Origin: Candidatus Moanibacter sp.
Lineage (GTDB): Bacteria > Verrucomicrobiota > Verrucomicrobiia > Opitutales > UBA2987
Reading direction: 5' to 3'
Assembly (NCBI GenBank): GCA_965215885.1
Contig: CBDCEW010000105.1
Location: 352,001 to 416,000, forward strand
Length of the DNA stretch: 64,000 bases
Below are positions 1 to 9,723 of this stretch, one piece after another; the stretch's first letter is position 1; every line of letters starts with the position of its first letter. The notes beneath the pieces are model-generated. The model did no database searches and was not told the origin of the DNA. It saw only the letters and a list, made by a program, of their open reading frames with translations. The translations under genes and the position numbers were made by a program.

Positions 1-68
1 GGATGATAAGGTGTGTGCAACCGCAATGGGGCCGCTCCGAGAAGCTCGTTGAGCGTCTTCTTCATTGT

Positions 69-84
69 TGGCATCTATCATGCT
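69..84 (+). promoter_or_regulatory. Candidate sigma-54 (-24/-12) promoter
   Basis: TGGCATCTATCATGCT, GG and GC at exact sigma-54 spacing, ~95 bp upstream of the ORF at 178; 2 mismatches to TGGCAC-N5-TTGCW. Confidence 0.4.
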
Positions 85-177
85 AGCGGTTGCCGCTATC
101 TATTCCAATATTCCATCAGCCGAATAGTGTAGACAACAGATTGTTCAGTTGAGCGCAGTAGGGGCCAAGATACACAT

Positions 178-1749
178 ATGAGTCCGTTCAGAGAGGACAG
201 AAAGCCTACCATCCTGGTTGTAGACGACGACCCTTCCGGCCTCTCATTCTTTCGGCTAAGTCTGAAGAGGCTCAATTACCGGGTCTTGACTGCTCAAAGT
301 GTGAGGGAGGCGCAGTCGAAGATTCGAGGGGAAGGGATTGATAAGATCGACTGTATCCTTACGGATTTCCGAATGCCGATCCAGTCCGGACTGGATTTGT
401 TGGAATGGGTAATGAGGGAGGATGACAGCCTCTCGACGATAATCGTAACCGCCCAAGGGGAAAAGAACCTGGTGCGCGATTCTCTAAGAGGTGGCGCCAG
501 TGATTTTCTGGAGAAACCTGTAAATCGAAAGACGCTCGCCGAAGCGGTTTCACGGGGAGTGGTGGAGACGGAACGCAGCCGCCAGTTGCGGGCCACTGAT
601 GAGGAGGTCAAGGCAGTGGGGAGAATGGAGCAGATATTTCAGGCTGTTCGAGCACCGGAGATCGCCCCCTTCTTGCGGTATTATTCTCGACCCCTTTATG
701 AAGTTGGAGGCGATTTCATAAATGTGCTGCCAATGGGAGAGAATCGTTGCGTATTTATCATTGGAGACGTCTCAGGACACGATGTAAGAGCAGCATTCGT
801 ATCCGCCTATTTCCAGGGAATGGTGAGGGGTTTGCTTGAACATGAAGCTTCCCTCGAGGAAATCTTCCACAGTTTTAATAGGACACTGAGCGATGAATGG
901 GCACCGACGGACGGAAATGATGGAAGCAGTGGTATCAAGATACAGGTATCCCTGGCAGTATGTGCTGGAATGGTTGATCTCAGGAAAAATAGCATATCGT
1001 TACTTAGCTGCGGATTTCCCCCCTATTTGATTTGTTACAAGGACGGAAGGTGCGCGTTTTCGAAGATCCGAAATCCTCCTTTGGGGTGGTTTGCTTTGGA
1101 CCGTCTTTATGAGGAAGTCCCATTGCTGGAAGGAGGGGACTTCCTCTGTGTCGCTACCGACGGTCTTACGGAATATGCGGCACATTTAGAGATTGATTCA
1201 TGTAGTCTGATTTACAAGCTGTTGGCTCCAGTAGAGCAGACACGTGATCAGTTTGTTATTCATCCTCCCGACGACATACTGGTAATGGGTATTCAATTGG
1301 ATAGAAGTGCGAAAGTGGACGACCTCTTCCAACCGCTAATATACGAGCAGTATTCAGGTGAGGAGATCAGTAATGTGGATCGCCTGCAGGGTTTGTGGCG
1401 GCGCAGTCTTCAATATGCGATATCTGAAGAGCTTGAGGACCGTATCTACGACTTGCTCCTTTGCTGTCGTGAGGCGGTCATTAATGGCCTGGTTTACGGG
1501 TGCGATGAGTCATCCGACAAAATGTGTACTCTTCAGATCACATTTAGTCCTGGCTTGGGTATTGTGCGTGTGAGAGTGGATGATCCGGGCCATGGACACC
1601 GTTTCGATCTTTCTGAGAGGTTGACGAGACTGGATCCGACCGATGGAACACACCTGGGGATGGCCATAATTCAAAACTTGAGCGATACCTTTGAAGTGAA
1701 AAACGACGGAGCGACGGTAGTATTCGAATTCCAATTGCGTAATGAATAG
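178..1749 (+). CDS. Response regulator with REC + SpoIIE/PP2C phosphatase + C-terminal HATPase anti-sigma (RsbW-like) domain
   Basis: ILVVDDD..DFRMP..KP receiver; VGGDF, IGDVSGH, ATDGL, DDIL PP2C motifs; EAVINGLVYG, DDPGHG, HLGMAII kinase boxes. Confidence 0.88.
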   Translation: MSPFREDRKPTILVVDDDPSGLSFFRLSLKRLNYRVLTAQSVREAQSKIRGEGIDKIDCILTDFRMPIQSGLDLLEWVMREDDSLSTIIVTAQGEKNLVRDSLRGGASDFLEKPVNRKTLAEAVSRGVVETERSRQLRATDEEVKAVGRMEQIFQAVRAPEIAPFLRYYSRPLYEVGGDFINVLPMGENRCVFIIGDVSGHDVRAAFVSAYFQGMVRGLLEHEASLEEIFHSFNRTLSDEWAPTDGNDGSSGIKIQVSLAVCAGMVDLRKNSISLLSCGFPPYLICYKDGRCAFSKIRNPPLGWFALDRLYEEVPLLEGGDFLCVATDGLTEYAAHLEIDSCSLIYKLLAPVEQTRDQFVIHPPDDILVMGIQLDRSAKVDDLFQPLIYEQYSGEEISNVDRLQGLWRRSLQYAISEELEDRIYDLLLCCREAVINGLVYGCDESSDKMCTLQITFSPGLGIVRVRVDDPGHGHRFDLSERLTRLDPTDGTHLGMAIIQNLSDTFEVKNDGATVVFEFQLRNE

Positions 1750-1819
1750 ACCCCATCATTTCAAACGGCTTCTTAAGGGCGGGTGATCTCGGGTTTTTGA
1801 AACAATGGGGTAAACTCCG

Positions 1820-2161
1820 ATGGTTACGGGAGAGCTAGACGAAGAGCAACGAACGTTATCCATCAGAGTAAGAGGCGATATTCTAAGCACCAATGCCGAG
1901 GCCTGCCTCTCTTCCGCAAGCGATATACTGCGGAAGGAAAGGGCCAAGGATTGGGAGAAGCTGAGCCTGGATCTCAACTCCGCGCGAATGGTCGACTCAG
2001 TCGGGCTCAATGCGATCATCGGTCTCGTTAAGAATCTGCAGGCACAGAACAAGCCGGTAACGGTGTATATATCGAGCGCCGCGGTTCATCGTGTTTTCCT
2101 TTTTTCACGATTGGATACGATCGTGAATATCGTCTTTAAAGCAAAGCGCCGCCGCCGTTGA
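1820..2161 (+). CDS. STAS-domain anti-sigma factor antagonist
   Basis: 113 aa, LDLNSARMVDSVGLNAI with the phosphorylatable Ser; follows the PP2C/kinase gene. Confidence 0.85.
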   Translation: MVTGELDEEQRTLSIRVRGDILSTNAEACLSSASDILRKERAKDWEKLSLDLNSARMVDSVGLNAIIGLVKNLQAQNKPVTVYISSAAVHRVFLFSRLDTIVNIVFKAKRRRR

Positions 2162-2270
2162 AGGCGGATCCAGAGGTAGACTCTTAGCCCGCTTTCCAAT
2201 GCGTGACCGACCTGTTCTGAATCTGTCTGGGAAATCTGAATTCATCGATCGTTCAGATTATATAAACAGT

Positions 2271-3589
2271 CAGTACTGTCCGGTTATAAGTCAAACAACT
2301 CCAACTGTTTAGGAATGCGGTGTTCATTGAAAGTGTAATCGGTTTCTGTAAGTAGTTCAGTCATAGGAGTTTTCTCAAATAGGGTGAAGCTGAGAATCTG
2401 TAGGATTTTGTGCAAACTGATCTCCAGGCGAAGGCGTTTGCGGATGATGGCGATGAGCACATAGACGCTGACGGCAATCCAGATTTGAGTCTTCACAGCA
2501 TTCTCGGAGGTGCCGAAAAAGCTCTTGATGCGCAAGTGCTGTTTGATCCATTTGAAGAACAATTCGATCTGCCAGCGTAAACGGTAAATCTGGGTGATGA
2601 TTATGGCTGGGAGGGCAAACTGGTTGGTGAGAAACACGAAGCGCTCGGAACTGTCGGGGTCGAGGTAAGTGATACGCCGGAGTCTTTCGGGGTAGGCCTT
2701 GGCAGGATAGAAGCTGACCAGGGCAACGGTCTGGTCCGAACGCAGACCGGTTGATTTGTCGACCTTTTGAGAGTAGAGGCGGCGAAACTGAAAGCCGCGG
2801 CGGGCGCGTGTGACGAAGAAAGAACCGCATTGTGCGATCCGATAGAGGCGCTCGTAATGCAGATAGGCTCGGTCCATTACATAGTAAGCACCGGCCTCGG
2901 GGATGATGAGATCCAGAATGTTTACGTCGTGAACTTTTCCATCGGTAATCTCGATAAAATAAGGGATAGAGCCTCTGAGATCGAGAAGCGTATGGACCTT
3001 CACCGCCCCCTTGTGCTTGCGGAAACGTGCCCACGGGAAGAGTGATAGACATAGATCGATCGTGGTGGAGTCCAGAGCGTAGAGCGTATTGTCCAGGTCG
3101 ATGCCCAGATCCTCGTTTGAATACAAAGGACGAGCCATTGCGATGAGGACCTGTGCAAAGTCGGCGTAGATGCGCCAGTCTCGTTTCTCGTTGGCATCGG
3201 CGAGCGTGCTTTTGGATACTCCGCTTCGAATCCCTGCGTGGTATAGTTTTGGTTGTACTGCCCGCAGGCAGGTTTCGATGTCGCGCAGACTCTCCCGGTA
3301 GGTCAACTCGGCAAAACCCATGCAGAGAAATTGTTCGAAGCAACTGAACTTTTGAACTTTGTAGTCGCCTCCGTAGCGTTGGACGCAACGATGGAACTGA
3401 TGGCGCGGAAGATAATCTATGATTTGAGAAAAAACGAATCGACCTGTATACATGATTTGGACCCTCGAAATTTTTGAGAGTCCACAAGGCTTTTTGCAAT
3501 TTCAAGTCGAAAACAGCAGAAATCATATGTAAAATGTTGGTTATCAATCGATTAACCTGCGTTCCTAGAAAAACAACCGGACAGTAGTG
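2271..3589 (-). mobile_element. Intact IS4-family insertion sequence (1319 bp)
   Basis: Terminal IRs CAGTACTGTCCGGTT (2271-2285) / AACCGGACAGTAGTG (3575-3589), 14/15; perfect 9-bp target duplication ATAAACAGT at 2262-2270 and 3590-3598. Confidence 0.93.
2284..3453 (-). CDS. IS4-family DDE transposase
   Basis: ALDST, MDRAY, YRLRWQIELFFKWIKQ (Y-R-E-K signature). Confidence 0.95.
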   Translation of the reverse strand: MYTGRFVFSQIIDYLPRHQFHRCVQRYGGDYKVQKFSCFEQFLCMGFAELTYRESLRDIETCLRAVQPKLYHAGIRSGVSKSTLADANEKRDWRIYADFAQVLIAMARPLYSNEDLGIDLDNTLYALDSTTIDLCLSLFPWARFRKHKGAVKVHTLLDLRGSIPYFIEITDGKVHDVNILDLIIPEAGAYYVMDRAYLHYERLYRIAQCGSFFVTRARRGFQFRRLYSQKVDKSTGLRSDQTVALVSFYPAKAYPERLRRITYLDPDSSERFVFLTNQFALPAIIITQIYRLRWQIELFFKWIKQHLRIKSFFGTSENAVKTQIWIAVSVYVLIAIIRKRLRLEISLHKILQILSFTLFEKTPMTELLTETDYTFNEHRIPKQLELFDL

Positions 3590-3666
3590 ATAAACAGTCT
3601 GTTCTGAGAGGGAACCTTTTTGCCGACGGGATGGATTGTCGCTCCGCAAAAGAGTTCAGTGGCGGG

Positions 3667-5235
3667 ATGCCGAAAAGACTAGAGAATATCTCGATTGTGG
3701 CTGCCGCAACCGTAGGTTCGCGCGTTTTGGGATTGTTGCGTGACATTCTCCTCTTCGCGCTACTGGGTGCCTCGGCGCTGAATTCCGCCTTCTTAATTGC
3801 CTTTACTCTGCCCAATCTGTTTCGAAGACTGTTAGGCGAAGGCGCGCTTAGTTCGGCCCTGGTTCCGATGTTGTCGGAAGAACTGGAAGAGAATGGAGAG
3901 CAGGGCGCATTTCGCCTGCTTAATCAGGTATTTGCCCGGGTGTTTCTTGTTCTCCTGGTAGTGATAGTTCTGGGTTGCCTGACACTCTTGCTCCTGGGAT
4001 ACATCCCGGGTCTGTCGAATCGTTGGTATCTGTCTTTCGATCTCGGTATCGTTCTTCTTCCCTATGTGATATTTGTTTGTCTGGCAGCTGTGCTCGCGGC
4101 CGGATTAAACGTTTTGCGCCGTTTTGCCATCGCCGCCCTCTCTCAAGTCTGGTTGAATCTGGTAATCCTCTTTGCTTTGGGTTTTCTGGGCTACCTCCTG
4201 GCGGAGGACAATGTGGAGCTTGTCGGTTTTCTTTGTGGCGGAGTCCTGGTGGGTGGGCTATTGCAGCTTCTAATACCGGCTGTGGCACTGCGGAGAAGCG
4301 GATGGAGGCCTTATATAAGTATGGGTGGGTCCGATCGCCTGAAGCAGGTTTGGAAACTGTTTCTGCCCAGTGCGTGGGGGGCGGCGATTCTTCAGGTGAA
4401 CTTCATGGTCTCGCGATTGATTGCGTTGGCTTTGAACGATGAGGCGGTATCCATACTCTATCTCGCCAATCGTCTGGTTGAACTACCTCTCGGTATATTT
4501 GTAATCGCTGTCACAACCGTGGTTTTTCCTGAATTGGCCAAAGTTGCCGCAAAAGGAAATCTCCAAGAGTTCTTCGTTGCGTATCAAGAAGGAGCACGCC
4601 TGATACTGGCGATAACGCTGCCGGCAGGTTTGGGCCTATACCTCTTGAGAGAACCGATCTTAAGCCTTCTTTTCAAGTGGGGATCATTCGGAGTGAATGA
4701 TGTGGCAAACACCGTGCCTGTATTAACCGTTTTCGCAATTGGACTCCCCTTCTACGGTTTGGCGGCCATCGGCACGCGCGGGTTCCATGCCTTGAAGGAC
4801 ACGCGGACACCGTTCCGGTTGGCAGTGGTTAACTTCGTTCTGAATATAGGATTCAGTCTGCTTTTGTTCAGGCCATTTGGCATCGTGGGTTTGGCTGTAG
4901 CAAATGTCTCCGCCATAATGGTACATAGTTTCGCCATGCAGATACTCTTAAGGAGAAGATTTCGGCGGTCCGGAAGGAGCGGGGGATTTGCTCCCCTTCT
5001 GAAGATCTGTGGAGCCGCGATACTGATGGCGCTGGTTACCGATCTGGCGTGGGCGCTAGTGAGTGTCCTGGAACTGACCGGGAGAGCGAAATCTTCGATC
5101 GCCGTGTTTGTAATCGTTCCGTTTGCGGTGATACTGTATTTCCTGACGCTCCGTGCCTTTGGTCTCCGCGAGGTAAATGATTTGCAAGAGATGGTTCTCG
5201 ATTTCATTTCGAAGGTGTTCAGGCCACGTGTTTGA
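3667..5235 (+). CDS. murJ: Lipid II flippase MurJ (MviN)
   Basis: SRVLGLLRD, AFTLPNLFRRLLGEGALSSA, LYLANRLVELPLGIF; multi-TM; start taken at ATG 3667 (ORF open from 3631). Confidence 0.93.
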   Translation: MPKRLENISIVAAATVGSRVLGLLRDILLFALLGASALNSAFLIAFTLPNLFRRLLGEGALSSALVPMLSEELEENGEQGAFRLLNQVFARVFLVLLVVIVLGCLTLLLLGYIPGLSNRWYLSFDLGIVLLPYVIFVCLAAVLAAGLNVLRRFAIAALSQVWLNLVILFALGFLGYLLAEDNVELVGFLCGGVLVGGLLQLLIPAVALRRSGWRPYISMGGSDRLKQVWKLFLPSAWGAAILQVNFMVSRLIALALNDEAVSILYLANRLVELPLGIFVIAVTTVVFPELAKVAAKGNLQEFFVAYQEGARLILAITLPAGLGLYLLREPILSLLFKWGSFGVNDVANTVPVLTVFAIGLPFYGLAAIGTRGFHALKDTRTPFRLAVVNFVLNIGFSLLLFRPFGIVGLAVANVSAIMVHSFAMQILLRRRFRRSGRSGGFAPLLKICGAAILMALVTDLAWALVSVLELTGRAKSSIAVFVIVPFAVILYFLTLRAFGLREVNDLQEMVLDFISKVFRPRV

Positions 5236-5535
5236 ACTTGATCATTCCTGTCCTTCGGCAGGATTCTCCGAAACCCCACCAAGAGGCGGGAAATAGGCCA
5301 AAAAGGGGTTGTTCAATTTCGAAATTATGAAATTCTATAGAAGTTAGGCCGGGATGAGAAATTCTCGGTGGCCAAAGCATCTGCAGATTTGACCGTTATG
5401 AGGGAAATTCGGAGCAGTGTCCTTCTTTTGCCAGAAAATGGAACTTGCAGAAAAGGGCTGAGCCTTGTATTCTCTTATTGGTAAAAAGCTTTGGTGTGCA
5501 GTAGATTACTTAACTTATTACTTATTGGAGCTTAA

Positions 5536-5913
5536 ATGGATACGATTTATTTAGTAGAAGATAACCCGGATAATGCCGATCTGGTAGTGGACATGCTATC
5601 GGGAGACTTCGATGTTACCCATTTTGTGAGCGCGTTGGATCTGTTGGATTTCCTGGAGAAGTCCGAGAGTGTCGCACCTGCCGTATTTATCCTCGATATC
5701 AGCCTGCCCGGAATGGACGGAGTCGACCTTTTAAAGGCACTTAAGGAGGATGAGGAGTATAATAGGATACCCTCTTTGGCTCTGACAGCCCATGCTATGA
5801 AAGACGACAAACGGAGATTTCTGGATGCAGGGTTCGACGCCTATATGAGCAAACCGATAGTCGATGAAGAGGCATTGATAAGCGAAGTGAAGAGGCTTGC
5901 CAATTCGCCTTGA
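5536..5913 (+). CDS. Single-domain response regulator
   Basis: LVEDN, LDISLPGMDG, ALTAHAM, YMSKP. Confidence 0.9.
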   Translation: MDTIYLVEDNPDNADLVVDMLSGDFDVTHFVSALDLLDFLEKSESVAPAVFILDISLPGMDGVDLLKALKEDEEYNRIPSLALTAHAMKDDKRRFLDAGFDAYMSKPIVDEEALISEVKRLANSP

Positions 5914-5916
5914 TCG

Positions 5917-8556
5917 ATGAAATTGAGGAAACTGCTACCGAGATTTACGCTCTGGGCGCTGCCTTTGGTGTTGCTTGTGTTTGTCTTGGCGATTCTCGCC
6001 TTTCCCAAGCAACTATCGAGTGAATTGATTAGTAAAGAGCAGGCGATCTTTACGCTCACCAGCTGCATAGTAGTCGTAATTCTGTTTCAGTTTAACCGCA
6101 CCGACATGCGTTTGAGCAGGCTTTCTCGGGTGGCGAATTCCATTGGCAAGGGGAATTTCAGAGCGCGTTCAAACGACCCTGGGGATGATTCGCTCGGACG
6201 GCTGTCCAACTCCGTGAACGAGATGGCAGAGAGGATCCAGATAGCCATTGATGATTTGGAGGAATCGCAGGAGCAGTTGGAAGTGTCGGGCGCCAAACTT
6301 GAAAAGCAGAACGAGGAGTTGTCTCTGGCAGTGGGGCGGCAGGAGCAGTTTGGCGAATTTCTCTCCCAGATCTCCTCTATCGAAGTAAACGTCATAACGA
6401 ACGCCGCGATCGATTCGCTCACACAACTGACGAATTGTCAGGTAGGCCTTTTCTATCTTTACGATAAGCAGCGGAACGAATTGAACTGCATAACGAAAAG
6501 GAGCGTGGACCAATCTTTTCTGAGGAGTTTTTCGGGTGGCGGGGCGATGGATGGCCTTCCGGGAGAAGTGATCAGCAGGAGGGAGTGGATTTCGCTCGAA
6601 GATATGGATGAGGAAGCGCTGCCGCAGATAAACCTGGGCTTGGCTCGTGCCAAGATTCGCTGTCTCTATGGTATTCCCGTGATCTTTCAGAAGCGTTTAC
6701 TCGGTGTCGTTATTCTGGCCGGACTGAAGAGCATGGATTCGTCGACGAGACAGGTGCTCAAGAACCAGATCGATGCCTTGGCCAATTCCATTTCCAACGC
6801 CATAACCTACAGCTCGGTGCAGAAACAATCGATCCTTCTCGAAGAAGCTAATCAGGATCTCTTAACGGCGCACAAACAGAAGAGCGAATTCGTTGCCAAT
6901 ATGAGCCATGAGTTGCGCACACCCTTAAATTCCATCATCGGCTTTTCCGGTATTTTGCTGAAGAACAGAAAGGACAATCTTAAAGAGGCGGAGCTGAGCC
7001 GGGTGGAAAAGATTAACCGCAACGGTAGACACCTGCTAAGCCTGATCAACGACATCCTCGATCTCTCGAAGATTGAGGCTGGCCGGATGGATTTCGTCTT
7101 TGAAAATACCGATCTTATTATGGTGATCCGAGATGTGGTCGAAATGCTGCAGCCGCAAGCCGAGACAAAAGATATCGGGCTGGATGTCGAGGTCGCAGAT
7201 TCAGATATGATTGTTGCGGAGACCGATGGTCACAAACTCAAGCAGGTATTGATCAATTTAGTTGGGAATGCCATCAAATTTACCAAGACAGGATCGGTTA
7301 CGGTGCGTTGTGGCTGGCTAGATGCTTCTATGGGAAAGATTCGGCTCGAAGTCAACGATACCGGAATCGGGTTGCGCCGAGAGAGTGTCGAACAGATTTT
7401 TCAAGCATTTTCCCAGGCTGACAGCAGCACCTCTCGAGAATACGGGGGGACCGGTCTCGGTCTAACTATCTCGCGTTCCATGATCGAACTCTTGGGGGGC
7501 AGCTTGGAGGTAAGCAGCGAGGGTATCAACAAGGGTTGCACCTTTTCGATGATTCTGCCTGTGAAGAGAGGAGCAGCCGAGGAATCAAAGCGAAAGAAGG
7601 AGCCGCAAGAGAAGCCTGCAAGAGTGGCAGTCGAGGGAGGTGGCGACAAACAGGTAGAAGGAGAGAAGAAAGAGAAGGAAGAGAAAAAAGAGGAGAAAGT
7701 CGCAAAACCGGATTTGGATAGCAAAATGCCGGAGGACGCCGCCGCTAATTCCTTCAGAAAGCTGGTTACCTCTTCGGCGCCTCGACTTTCGACAGTTGAA
7801 CAGGATTCAAAATTGGAGTTGAGAAATGTACTTCCCATCCAGCCGGGAAAACGGATCCTGGTGGTTGATGACGATCCCGATGCGCGCGAGTTTATTATTC
7901 AGTATGTGAAGGAACTCGGTGCCGATTATAAAGAATGTGGTGAACCTCTCCAAGTCGTCGATCTTGTAAAAGAATACCATCCTGACCTGATTACACTCGA
8001 TATCATGATGCCCGAGAGTAACGGTTGGGAAGTACTGGCTAAGCTCAAGTCTGATACCGATGTTTCCGATGTTCCGGTGGTCATAGTGAGCATGGTGGCG
8101 GATAAGACGAAAGCAATATCTCTGGGAGCGGTGGATTCCTTGACGAAACCGGTCTTGCAGGATGATTTTCTGGCCTGCGTTAGACGATCGATCAATTCGG
8201 ATCAAATAGCTAACCGCAAGATTCTAATAGTTGATGACCAGGAAGATTATCAGGAGCTGATGAAGCTGTGGCTGGACGATAGTATTAACGAAATACGAAC
8301 AGCGGGCAACGGACGGGAAGCACTCGACATGCTCGAGACTTTCCGGCCCGATGTGATATTCCTGGATTTAATGATGCCGGTCATGGATGGTCTGAGTTTT
8401 CTCCAGGAATTTCGATCGAATGACAACTACGCGGGAATTCCAGTTATCGTCGTAACGGCCAAAAATCTCTCCCTGGAAGAGAGAAAGTTTCTCGAAACAC
8501 GATCCGAAAAGATACTTCACAAAGGTGAAGAGATATTTAATGAAGTCGTGCGGTAG
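5917..8556 (+). CDS. Membrane hybrid histidine kinase (TM-HAMP-GAF-HisKA-HATPase-REC-REC)
   Basis: Two N-terminal TM segments, HAMP-like region, [29 protein letters not shown], two receiver domains. Confidence 0.92.
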   Translation: MKLRKLLPRFTLWALPLVLLVFVLAILAFPKQLSSELISKEQAIFTLTSCIVVVILFQFNRTDMRLSRLSRVANSIGKGNFRARSNDPGDDSLGRLSNSVNEMAERIQIAIDDLEESQEQLEVSGAKLEKQNEELSLAVGRQEQFGEFLSQISSIEVNVITNAAIDSLTQLTNCQVGLFYLYDKQRNELNCITKRSVDQSFLRSFSGGGAMDGLPGEVISRREWISLEDMDEEALPQINLGLARAKIRCLYGIPVIFQKRLLGVVILAGLKSMDSSTRQVLKNQIDALANSISNAITYSSVQKQSILLEEANQDLLTAHKQKSEFVANMSHELRTPLNSIIGFSGILLKNRKDNLKEAELSRVEKINRNGRHLLSLINDILDLSKIEAGRMDFVFENTDLIMVIRDVVEMLQPQAETKDIGLDVEVADSDMIVAETDGHKLKQVLINLVGNAIKFTKTGSVTVRCGWLDASMGKIRLEVNDTGIGLRRESVEQIFQAFSQADSSTSREYGGTGLGLTISRSMIELLGGSLEVSSEGINKGCTFSMILPVKRGAAEESKRKKEPQEKPARVAVEGGGDKQVEGEKKEKEEKKEEKVAKPDLDSKMPEDAAANSFRKLVTSSAPRLSTVEQDSKLELRNVLPIQPGKRILVVDDDPDAREFIIQYVKELGADYKECGEPLQVVDLVKEYHPDLITLDIMMPESNGWEVLAKLKSDTDVSDVPVVIVSMVADKTKAISLGAVDSLTKPVLQDDFLACVRRSINSDQIANRKILIVDDQEDYQELMKLWLDDSINEIRTAGNGREALDMLETFRPDVIFLDLMMPVMDGLSFLQEFRSNDNYAGIPVIVVTAKNLSLEERKFLETRSEKILHKGEEIFNEVVR

Positions 8557-8593
8557 AGAGGTGCAGAAAAATCTCCAGGAAGAGCTCTTGCGG

Positions 8594-9694
8594 ATGAACA
8601 TCCTCGTAGTCGACGATTTCGAGGATAATCGTGATCTCATCGTGACCCTCCTGGAGGATCAAGGATACAAGAATTTCCTTGAGGCGGAAGACGGGAAAAA
8701 GGCTGTGGAAATACTGGAGAGCAATGAGGTCATCGATCTCGTTCTACTCGATATCAACATGCCGAAAATGAACGGCTACGAGGTTCTCGATTATATGAAG
8801 AGCCACGATCAATTGCTCCCTATTCCAGTGATAATGGTGACGGCGGTCGATCAACAGGATAGTGTACTGAGGTGTATAGAGAAAGGGGCTGAAGACTATC
8901 TGACGAAACCGGTCGAGGAGACGCTCCTGTGGGCTCGCGTTCATGCCAGTCTCGAACGCAAATATCTGCGCAATAAGGAGCGTGAGTTACTTAGGCAGGT
9001 GCAGTCGGAAAAGAGGAAGACAGAAGAGATCCTCGATCACGTAATTCCGGAGAGCGTTGCCGAGCGTCTGCGTAGAGGTGAAGAGAGTATCGCCGACACG
9101 ATCGATGACACCACGGTGCTTTTCGCCGACCTTGTGGGTTTTACCGCCCTGTCGGCGACCGTAAACGCTGCCTCTTTGGTCCACATGCTCAATTATGTAT
9201 TCAGAGCCTTTGACGAGTTTGGGAAAGAATTGAAGTTGGAAAAGATTAAGACAATTGGTGATTCATATATGATCGTCGGAGGCATCCCACCGAATACCGA
9301 GGATCACGAGATTCGATGTATGCAATTCGCAAACAAAGCTTTAGATCATATCGACGTTTTTAACGAGGATCACCGGATGAATCTTCAACTGAGGGTCGGT
9401 TTACACAGCGGTCCCGTGGTTGCCGGTGTCATCGGCCAGACCCGGTTTACTTACGATTTATGGGGAGAGACGGTAAATCTTGCCAGTCGAATGGAGACGC
9501 TGGGAGTTCCAGGGAGAGTGCAAGTGACCCTTTCGACTTATGAGAGATTGCGGAGTCGTTTTGATTTCGAGCCGCGCGGTAAGATCGAAGTAAAGGGTAA
9601 AGGTGAAATGGAGACTTACCTTTCTCTGGCACCTTCTTTAACCGAAAGCGCCAGGATGAGTCTACAAGAACCGGAGGCTACCGCTTCCCATTAG
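8594..9694 (+). CDS. Response-regulator-fused class III adenylate cyclase
   Basis: REC domain then LFADLVGFT, EKIKTIGDSYM, YDLWGETVNLASRME (K/D pair typical of adenylyl specificity); GTG 8561 is an alternative start. Confidence 0.9.
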   Translation: MNILVVDDFEDNRDLIVTLLEDQGYKNFLEAEDGKKAVEILESNEVIDLVLLDINMPKMNGYEVLDYMKSHDQLLPIPVIMVTAVDQQDSVLRCIEKGAEDYLTKPVEETLLWARVHASLERKYLRNKERELLRQVQSEKRKTEEILDHVIPESVAERLRRGEESIADTIDDTTVLFADLVGFTALSATVNAASLVHMLNYVFRAFDEFGKELKLEKIKTIGDSYMIVGGIPPNTEDHEIRCMQFANKALDHIDVFNEDHRMNLQLRVGLHSGPVVAGVIGQTRFTYDLWGETVNLASRMETLGVPGRVQVTLSTYERLRSRFDFEPRGKIEVKGKGEMETYLSLAPSLTESARMSLQEPEATASH

Positions 9695-9723
9695 TCCGGA
9701 AATCTCCGAGATTTTCGGACTAA
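9691..9723. terminator. Palindrome between convergent genes, probable bidirectional terminator
   Basis: TTAGTCCGGAAATCTC-C-GAGATTTTCGGACTAA; arms include both TAG stop codons. Confidence 0.6.

Noticed and set aside
2375..3649. 424-aa same-strand alternative-frame ORF over the IS4 transposase
   Set aside because: Starts outside the IS boundary, Arg/Pro/Ser-rich with no motifs; best explained as a shadow frame
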